Source: Candidatus Cloacimonadales bacterium (lineage in GTDB: Bacteria > Cloacimonadota > Cloacimonadia > Cloacimonadales > DAONDQ01). From it: a DNA stretch of 64,000 nt. Under the pieces are notes generated by a model. The model was not told the DNA's origin. It saw only the letters and a list, made by a program, of their open reading frames with translations, and searched no databases. The stretch lies in contig OY759316.1 in NCBI GenBank assembly GCA_963662275.1, forward strand, positions 384,001 through 448,000. The letters run 5' to 3'. Every line of letters begins with the position of its first letter. Within the stretch, counting starts at the first letter, position 1. A program made the position numbers and the translations under genes. Shown here one piece after another: positions 57,556 through 64,000 of this stretch.

Positions 57556-58790
57556 CAGATACCTAATGCGGCAGCGCGAATCTCTTCCAGTTCTTCAATT
57601 TCCTTGGGAATATGCTGTGAAAGAACACAATATCCATCGACTGTCACTAGGACATCATCTTCAATACGAACACCAATATTCTCTTCAGGAATGTATATCC
57701 CCGGTTCGACAGTAATAATATTACCAGCTTCCAATGTTGAATTTCTGAGCCCAAGATCGTGAGTATCCATACCCAAATGATGAGAAATACTATGCATATA
57801 ATAACGGCGATAATCCTTGGGATCTTCGATCAAACCTAATTTGACACATGCTTCACTGATGAGCTTATTCGTTTTTTCATTCAATTCAGGAAGACTGACA
57901 CCAGGTTTGATCATACTGATAATCTCTTTTTCAACGTTCAAGACTTCTTCATAAATGGCACGCTGGCGATCAGTGAACTTTGCTGCTATCGGAAAAGTAC
58001 GGGTAATGTCTGCACTGTAATTATTACACGAAGCTCCCACATCTAACAAAACAAGCTGTTTATCGTCTATGCGTGTATCATTTGCGATATAATGCAGAGT
58101 AGTTGCATTGATTCCGGTCGCCACGATGGGGGTAAATCCCCAGTTACGATAGCCATTAACAAGCATTTTATTATAGATCATAGCTTCCAGTTCATATTCC
58201 ATCATGCCAGCCTGGCTGCTTTCAAAAACAGATGCAAGACCCTTGGCAGTTACGTCTATTGCACGTTGAATCTGCTGAACTTCCCAATCGTCTTTCACAC
58301 TGCGAAGGGGTCTGATCAGTTCTGTGATATCACCGATCTGCATTTGGGGATAATGTTTCACAAGCTTATGAGCATGATGCAGGGGAGTATTTAAAGGTTC
58401 ATGATACTGCGGAGCCTGTAGATTCAGAAAGAATTTCTTTAGCGAAGCACCGACTGAGCTGATATATGATGGAAATTCATCAAGATACATAACATTGCTG
58501 ATCCCGCTGATCTCAGAAGCTGCTTCTTTAGAAAGCTTTTCTCCTTCCCAGACAACACGTTCAGGAATATTCCTTTGTATGAACACCACTTCCTGTTCAA
58601 CACCGGCAAATTTGGTCATTACCAGAATTGCCTGGGGTACTTCTAAACCTGTCAGGTAGAGAAAATTATTGTTTTGAATAAAACGATAGAAACCAGTTGG
58701 CTCCGAATTGGCAAACACCAATATTCCTTGATTATCTTCCAGTTTTTCAGCAAGTTTTAAACGACGTGGAATTACGATCTCTGCATTCAT
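57555..58790 (-). CDS. pepP: Xaa-Pro aminopeptidase (M24B)
   Basis: NFLYLTG, TLHY, LLDVG..YSADITRT, H..SHHLGMDTHD, TVEPGIY, GVRIEDD; ATG 58790 after AAGGAG. Confidence 0.92.
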   Translation of the reverse strand: MNAEIVIPRRLKLAEKLEDNQGILVFANSEPTGFYRFIQNNNFLYLTGLEVPQAILVMTKFAGVEQEVVFIQRNIPERVVWEGEKLSKEAASEISGISNVMYLDEFPSYISSVGASLKKFFLNLQAPQYHEPLNTPLHHAHKLVKHYPQMQIGDITELIRPLRSVKDDWEVQQIQRAIDVTAKGLASVFESSQAGMMEYELEAMIYNKMLVNGYRNWGFTPIVATGINATTLHYIANDTRIDDKQLVLLDVGASCNNYSADITRTFPIAAKFTDRQRAIYEEVLNVEKEIISMIKPGVSLPELNEKTNKLISEACVKLGLIEDPKDYRRYYMHSISHHLGMDTHDLGLRNSTLEAGNIITVEPGIYIPEENIGVRIEDDVLVTVDGYCVLSQHIPKEIEELEEIRAAALGI

Positions 58791-58827
58791 ATCATTTCTC
58801 CTTTTCTGGAAATTTTGTTTTCGTGAA

Positions 58828-58906
58828 GTAGGGGTCCGCGTCAGCAGACCCTTGCCCAAAGATTTATTTTCATTAATTAGAAGGGTCTGCTGACGCTGAC
58901 CCCTAC
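58828..58906. repeat. Inverted pair of REP-like palindromes (family B)
   Basis: 58828-58851 and inverted 58883-58906. Confidence 0.85.
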
Positions 58907-59058
58907 TTTTCTCAATCTTAAATCAGCAAGCTGTCTCCGCTGCATTTCGATACAATATTAAAATCGAATGGATCCCCGCATTCGCAAGGATGACAACTCA
59001 ATAAACCGGTTTTCTCTTCTCTCTTTAATTTTTAATTCTTAATCTTTAATTTTTAATT

Positions 59059-60285
59059 CTATTGAGTTATCACCATCACTCCATACACCCCGTCATATCC
59101 GGCAGGTTTGAAGCTATAATGCTCTTCCTTCACTGCAATAATTGTTTTCAATGTTTCCTGAGTAATTCTTTTGTCAAGATTATCCTCAATAACAATTTGT
59201 TCACTTTTCCATAATGCTATTTCCGATGGAAACCATTTTAATACTTCCATATACTCAATCCAAACTGATTTTGCTGCCACACCTTTCTTCTGTGCTGTTG
59301 CTATGACTTCCAACAAGGGAAGCAGATGCTTGAACTCTCTATGCAAAGGACTGATCCTCTGATCAGATAATTCCATAGACCTTTGTTTCACACCTGGTAA
59401 CATTGATTTTCTGCAGATCGGACAGATCAAGTCCTCGGGTGCATTTTCTTCATAGATTACCGGAACTGTATGACCTTCGCGATTCGTCCGATGACCTGTC
59501 AAAAAATACCGTCCTTCCGCTGGAAAGAACTCTGCAGTCATATTCACCTTATTTTGCCGAAGAGAATTGATGATTCCTTGATAATCGAAAGTATCCGCAT
59601 CAAGGATAGTGAATTCCCTTCCAATTCGATTCAATGCTGCACAATGTGTATCGCTGTTGGAAATCATTGTCAGGCTTTGCAGGTCTGGAATACGGCACAA
59701 CATTTCAGGATCAGCGCTTAAACCGGTTTCAATGACCCTAATCTGCGATGTGAATTGACCATAGAATTCTTGAATACTAGTTAATCTGTTTCTGCTTCCT
59801 AAAATTCCTTCCGGTGTCATGACATGTGCAGGAATGATTTCGATTAGCGGATGCAAATCAGCAATAGCAAAGAGCCTGTCTTCCAACTCCGCCTGATCCC
59901 GATTTGTTATGAAAGGTCTGCCAATCGTATTCTTCTGACTCCATTTTTCCAATAATTTCTGTATCCCGGTAATAGACTTAAAATCAGGGAAGAAGACAAG
60001 ATGATGAGCTAATACACGATTCTTGTAACCGGAAAGAGATACTGTCAGTATAATCTCAGTCTGCAGAAGAAAACGGGCAGGATAGTCTTTATAAGTGAAT
60101 AACCCATTGCTGGTTTCCTTTAAGACTTGTTTCAATTCTTCAGTTCTTAAAGGATAAATGCAATCCCCGCAGCCATACACATCAATACCTTTGAATGCCA
60201 TCGCCTGGGCAACTGCATCCAGGGAAACATCACCCACACCGCCTGCATATCCCGAATGGGAATGAAGATCAACTGTAATCTGCAA
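59059..60285 (-). CDS. Endonuclease Q family (PHP domain) protein
   Basis: DLHSHS.YA, KGI..G.GD..P, PAH..TP, ETGLSAD, SNSDTH, GREF, G.YF..GH, CPIC, GYDGVYG. Confidence 0.85.
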   Translation of the reverse strand: MQITVDLHSHSGYAGGVGDVSLDAVAQAMAFKGIDVYGCGDCIYPLRTEELKQVLKETSNGLFTYKDYPARFLLQTEIILTVSLSGYKNRVLAHHLVFFPDFKSITGIQKLLEKWSQKNTIGRPFITNRDQAELEDRLFAIADLHPLIEIIPAHVMTPEGILGSRNRLTSIQEFYGQFTSQIRVIETGLSADPEMLCRIPDLQSLTMISNSDTHCAALNRIGREFTILDADTFDYQGIINSLRQNKVNMTAEFFPAEGRYFLTGHRTNREGHTVPVIYEENAPEDLICPICRKSMLPGVKQRSMELSDQRISPLHREFKHLLPLLEVIATAQKKGVAAKSVWIEYMEVLKWFPSEIALWKSEQIVIEDNLDKRITQETLKTIIAVKEEHYSFKPAGYDGVYGVMVITQ

Positions 60286-60353
60286 AAGATAACTCCTTCA
60301 AATCTGTAATCGGATGAAAACTCAAACTCATGTCGTATTCTGACAAGTAATTT

Positions 60354-60488
60354 GTAGGGGTCCGCGTCAGTAGACCCATATCCTCTGCTCTACGACTCTA
60401 CAATTTCGCACTTCGCACTTCGAACTTTCTTTTTGAGCTGGGTTTCATCTAGGCTTCATCTAGGCATTATCTAGGGATCATCTAGACT
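60354..60488. repeat. Repeat cluster: family B REP, inverted GAAGTNC heptamers and a 4x 11-mer
   Basis: GTAGGGGTCCGCGTCAGTAGACCC (60354-60377); TTCGCACTTCGCACTTCGAACTT (about 60405-60427); TCATCTAGGCT-like x4 (60445-60488). Confidence 0.8.
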
Positions 60489-60844
60489 TTTTTAGATTTT
60501 GCTAAGTTTTTCTTTAGTTTTGATTTCTTTTCTGATTTTCTCATATTCCGTGAGGAAGGTGAGATAGAAGGAAAGAAGGGCAGAGAAATACAAAGAAGAA
60601 GGATTTATTGCCATGAATCCCTACCTGCGCTTTTCCTATTGAAATGGGTGGTTTTGATAAATCAAATCTGCCAACTGTTTAATTGGTGGGCGCTGTCTTT
60701 AGCTTGCGCTAATTTACAGTAACCTGAAGGATACCACTACCGGCGGTAGCAACTACTTCAGTTGTTGGATAAGCTGCTTTGTAAAATCATTTGACTAATT
60801 TGAATTCAATTCCATAAATGAACAAAAACCATAAGGAGAGTATT

Positions 60845-61168
60845 ATGTTTCCAGGTGGAAAGAATATGAAGGATATGATGAAACAGGCTCAGAAGATGCA
60901 ACAAGATCTTTTAAAGGCACAGGAAGAAGCAGCAAACCAAATTATCGAAGCCACTTCCGGTGGTGGAATCGTGAAAGTGGAAATGAATGGGCGCTATGAA
61001 GTTGTGTCCATCAAGATAGATCCTGAAGTTGTGAATCCTGATGATGTGGAAATGCTGGAAGACTTGATCCTGGCTGCTCTCAAGGAAGCTTTTGAGAAGG
61101 TATCTAAAGTTAGTGAAGAATCAATGTCCAAGATTACCGGAAATATGAAGATACCGGGACTGTTCTAG
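60845..61168 (+). CDS. ybaB: YbaB/EbfC nucleoid-associated protein
   Basis: MMKQAQKMQ, SGGG.VKV.MNG, D.EMLEDLILAA, PGLF; directly upstream of recR. Confidence 0.95.
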   Translation: MFPGGKNMKDMMKQAQKMQQDLLKAQEEAANQIIEATSGGGIVKVEMNGRYEVVSIKIDPEVVNPDDVEMLEDLILAALKEAFEKVSKVSEESMSKITGNMKIPGLF

Positions 61169-61346
61169 GAATTAAGAATTGCAGAGATTTTAGATTTAAG
61201 ATTGAAGAGAAGAGATTTTACTACGAAAAACATGGGAAAAGAGTCAGAAATCAAAATTAATATCGGAGATATAATATCCGATAGCCTGAGGTGTGAACCT
61301 CAGGAAAGTTATACAACCGGCTAAACCCGGAGCCACATGAGGTATC

Positions 61347-61940
61347 ATGTTTAACGGTTTATTGAAAGATTTGTCACAGAATTTGAAGCAATTTCCCGGT
61401 GTCGGTGAAAAAACCGCCCAAAGGCTAGCTATGTTTCTCATTTCTCAAGACAAGGACAAATCCAGGAGATTAGCCCAATCTATATTGGATGCAGTGGAAC
61501 AATACAATCATTGTTCCTTATGCAATATGTTGGCTGAAACAGACCCATGTCCATTTTGTGCTGATCAGGAAAGAGATACAGCCAGAATCTGTGTAGTTGA
61601 GAATACTGCGGATGTATTTTTAATCCAGAATACGCATGAATTCAGGGGAATTTATTTTGTACTCGGACACTTGCTTTCACCTTTGGATGGCATTGGACCT
61701 TCTGAAATCAATTTTTATAAATTAGTTGAGAGAATCAAACAAAACCAGCCTGAAGAAATCATATTGGCATTAAATCCTTCTCCAGAAGGAGAAACAACGA
61801 TCAATTACATCGCTTCGCAACTTCAACCTATGAATATTGCTACAACACGTCTTTCAACAGGTCTCCCTTTTGGCGGTGATATTGAATACACGAGTTCCAT
61901 GACTCTGAGTCATGCATTTAAACGGAGGATGCCAATCTAA
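61347..61940 (+). CDS. recR: Recombination mediator RecR
   Basis: PGVGEKTAQRLA, C4 zinc finger, ICVVE, LSPLDGIGP, EGETT, GLPFGGDIEY. Confidence 0.97.
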   Translation: MFNGLLKDLSQNLKQFPGVGEKTAQRLAMFLISQDKDKSRRLAQSILDAVEQYNHCSLCNMLAETDPCPFCADQERDTARICVVENTADVFLIQNTHEFRGIYFVLGHLLSPLDGIGPSEINFYKLVERIKQNQPEEIILALNPSPEGETTINYIASQLQPMNIATTRLSTGLPFGGDIEYTSSMTLSHAFKRRMPI

Positions 61941-62572
61941 TGTTTACCGGTATTATTGAAGAAATTGGAATGATCAGCCAGGTGCGTGATTGGGTTGGAA
62001 CCAATCAGATTCGTATTGTAAGTTCCCCAATAGCGTCTCATGTAAAATTAGGAGACAGTGTCTCCTGTAACGGAATATGCCTGACAGTAATAGTTATATC
62101 CGGTACAGATTTTGAAGTGGAAATCATGCACGAAACTTTAATCAAAACTACAGCTAAGCAATGGCAAACAGGGCAAAGGCTTAATCTGGAAAGAGCTATG
62201 CAGGCTGATGGACGTTTTGATGGACATATTGTACAAGGGCATGTAGATACTACAGGTCGAATCCTTTCCAGTAAAAAAATTGATCAGACCCTTTATCTTG
62301 AAATCAGTTACTTACCTCAATATGCAGGTTTGCTCATTCCGCAAGGTTCCATCGCTGTGAATGGTGTCAGCTTAACAATTGCAGAGCTGAAAGAAAAATC
62401 TTTTCAAATAGCACTTATTGGTTATACTATAACTAATACGAATATTTCAGAATGCAAAACAGGAGATGACGTCAATCTGGAATTTGATGTCTTGGGAAAA
62501 TATGTGCAAAGGCAATTACAGAAGAAAGATTCAAATATTTCGGAGTCATGGTTACATGAACAAGGTTTCTAA
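61940..62572 (+). CDS. ribE: Riboflavin synthase (alpha chain)
   Basis: MFTGIIEE, GDSVSCNGICLTV, NLERAM, GHIVQGHVD, GSIAVNGVSLT, VNLEFD. Confidence 0.96.
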   Translation: MFTGIIEEIGMISQVRDWVGTNQIRIVSSPIASHVKLGDSVSCNGICLTVIVISGTDFEVEIMHETLIKTTAKQWQTGQRLNLERAMQADGRFDGHIVQGHVDTTGRILSSKKIDQTLYLEISYLPQYAGLLIPQGSIAVNGVSLTIAELKEKSFQIALIGYTITNTNISECKTGDDVNLEFDVLGKYVQRQLQKKDSNISESWLHEQGF

Positions 62573-63848
62573 TTTTATTCTACCAGCCCTTCTGTTTCTA
62601 ATCCTGATCGGTTGTGGTCATAAACAGAATCCGACTGGAGGAAAAGCAGATACTGAAAAGATTAGGATACTCGCTGTAACTCCGGATGAATTCAGCGATT
62701 TGAAAGATAAGCAGATTGATGTTACTTTTTCAAAAGTGGTTGATCGCACAAAGATACCGACCGGAATCTATATATATCCTTCGATTGATAGAAAACGCTT
62801 CAAATACCAAGGTAACAATTTGCAAATGCGCATCCTGCAGCCATTACTGCCAAATACGAATTATTATTTTACTTTTACTCCCCGGATACAAGATGAACGT
62901 GGTAATTCCCTGGAAGAAAATCAGACCCTTGTATATGCAAATGGTATCCTACAAACGAATAGAATTTCGGGGGAATTCAAGCTTGAAGAACCAGAAGATT
63001 CTAAACTACCTGTGAATTTAACATTATTAAATGCTGACACATTGCTTGTTTTTAGTAAAATCATACATGGCACAAACTACGTGCTTGAGAATTTAAATCC
63101 TGAATCCTATATTGTACGTGCTTTCATAGACAAAAATGTCAATGGTAAATATGATTTTGGTATTGATGCTTCTGCTGAAGCGCTAGCCCCAAAGAATCCT
63201 GTTTCGACAGTTAATTTAGATCTTGTTTATTCTGATACAAGTAAAGTTGTTTTAAAATCAGCAAATGTCATTTCCAACAGAGAAATAGATTTCACATTAT
63301 CTGAACCGGCAAGATCGATTGGAGCAGTTCACATCACTGCCAAAGATGGGACTGTGGAATTGCCTGTGGAATTGAAAAGACTGAATGGATCAATGTTGAC
63401 GGTTTTGACTGCAGCCCAGGATACAACGAAGTATAAAATCAGTATCAGTGAACTTTCAGATCGCAAGAGTAATTTAACTTCTGAAAGTCATTTATATTTT
63501 AGTGGATCTCCCCGAGCTGACAAAACAGCTCCAGTCGTCGTTTCTACTTCTCCCAGGAATGGGACATCCATTAATGAATTAGTACCTGAATTGAAGGTTG
63601 TTTTTTCCGAAATAATTCTCATCAATCATATCAAATACGCATTAATTGATACGGAAACAAACCAGGATATTGATGTCAGGATTACTTCGGGAGATGATAA
63701 AACGTATATTTTTAAACCGACAAAGCCACTACTAAATTATCACTCATACAAATTCACGATTAATCATATTACTTCCGATATCAGTAGCAATACTCTTGGG
63801 AAAGATTACGAAATGCTGTTTTTAACTTTAATAAAAAATGAGAAATAA
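62556..63848 (+). CDS. Lipoprotein with Ig-like (Big_5-type) domains
   Basis: Lipobox LIGC then Q.PTGGKAD; DKTAPVVVSTSPRNG; L.PNTNY. Confidence 0.8.
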   Translation: MNKVSNFILPALLFLILIGCGHKQNPTGGKADTEKIRILAVTPDEFSDLKDKQIDVTFSKVVDRTKIPTGIYIYPSIDRKRFKYQGNNLQMRILQPLLPNTNYYFTFTPRIQDERGNSLEENQTLVYANGILQTNRISGEFKLEEPEDSKLPVNLTLLNADTLLVFSKIIHGTNYVLENLNPESYIVRAFIDKNVNGKYDFGIDASAEALAPKNPVSTVNLDLVYSDTSKVVLKSANVISNREIDFTLSEPARSIGAVHITAKDGTVELPVELKRLNGSMLTVLTAAQDTTKYKISISELSDRKSNLTSESHLYFSGSPRADKTAPVVVSTSPRNGTSINELVPELKVVFSEIILINHIKYALIDTETNQDIDVRITSGDDKTYIFKPTKPLLNYHSYKFTINHITSDISSNTLGKDYEMLFLTLIKNEK

Positions 63849-63861
63849 CAGGCTATTTAAG

Positions 63862-64000
63862 ATGAAACCAACGACTTTTCTTTTTGTATTATTAGTTTCG
63901 ATGATCTTCTTTGCAGTTCCGATTATCTTGAATGCAGACTGCGATATGATGGCAATGATTGGAATTCAGAATTCGAACTTGTCAGTTGTTCCTTCCAGTG
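63862..64000 (+). CDS. 3'-truncated ORF with signal peptide (MKPTTFLFVLLVSMIFFAVPIILNADCDMMAMIG...)
   Basis: Open frame to the window end; hydrophobic N-terminus. The CDMMAMIG segment weakly resembles the N-terminal Cys of Ntn-hydrolases. Confidence 0.5.
   Translation, partial: MKPTTFLFVLLVSMIFFAVPIILNADCDMMAMIGIQNSNLSVVPSS

Noticed and set aside
60490..60817. SRP RNA or other ncRNA upstream of ybaB-recR
   Set aside because: No recognisable SRP domain IV motif; only low-complexity tracts and one hairpin (about 60725-60760).

Overview
A 64-kb, AT-rich bacterial chromosomal segment. The gene set and the style of the secreted proteins suggest Cloacimonadota (FCB group); this is inference only. 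Housekeeping genes include recJ, lnt, an acyl-CoA dehydrogenase, hutU, a UDP-glucose pyrophosphorylase, an MCE/Mla operon, trmL, dnaB, coaD, pepP, an EndoQ-family gene, ybaB-recR and riboflavin synthase. They surround an accessory region at about 12.5-39 kb. Best candidate for an undescribed system: a four-gene operon (15.5-25.1 kb) in which every gene encodes a related STAND-type P-loop ATPase. The four are an intact class III adenylate cyclase-ATPase, a stand-alone degenerate ATPase, and two receptor-like paralogues. The first two end in MinD-like amphipathic tails; the paralogues share a near-identical ATPase module but carry different domains after a TM helix (TPR/beta-propeller versus FGE-sulfatase C-lectin fold). 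A SEL1-repeat + GAF/HD-GYP pair is divergently transcribed from the operon. Other notable signals: (1) a SatD-DUF3307 pair separated by four TCAAC-N7/8-GTTG palindromes at exact 29-bp periodicity; (2) a 2383-aa M6 metalloprotease with an in-frame insert built from an otherwise intergenic heptamer repeat; (3) an IS200/RAYT-like transposase framed by ~96-bp inverted repeats, plus several REP-like palindrome families; (4) a PqiC-like lipoprotein apparently fused to a beta-barrel. No rRNA, tRNA, CRISPR array or reverse transcriptase was seen. All calls are from motif reading by eye, with no database searches.
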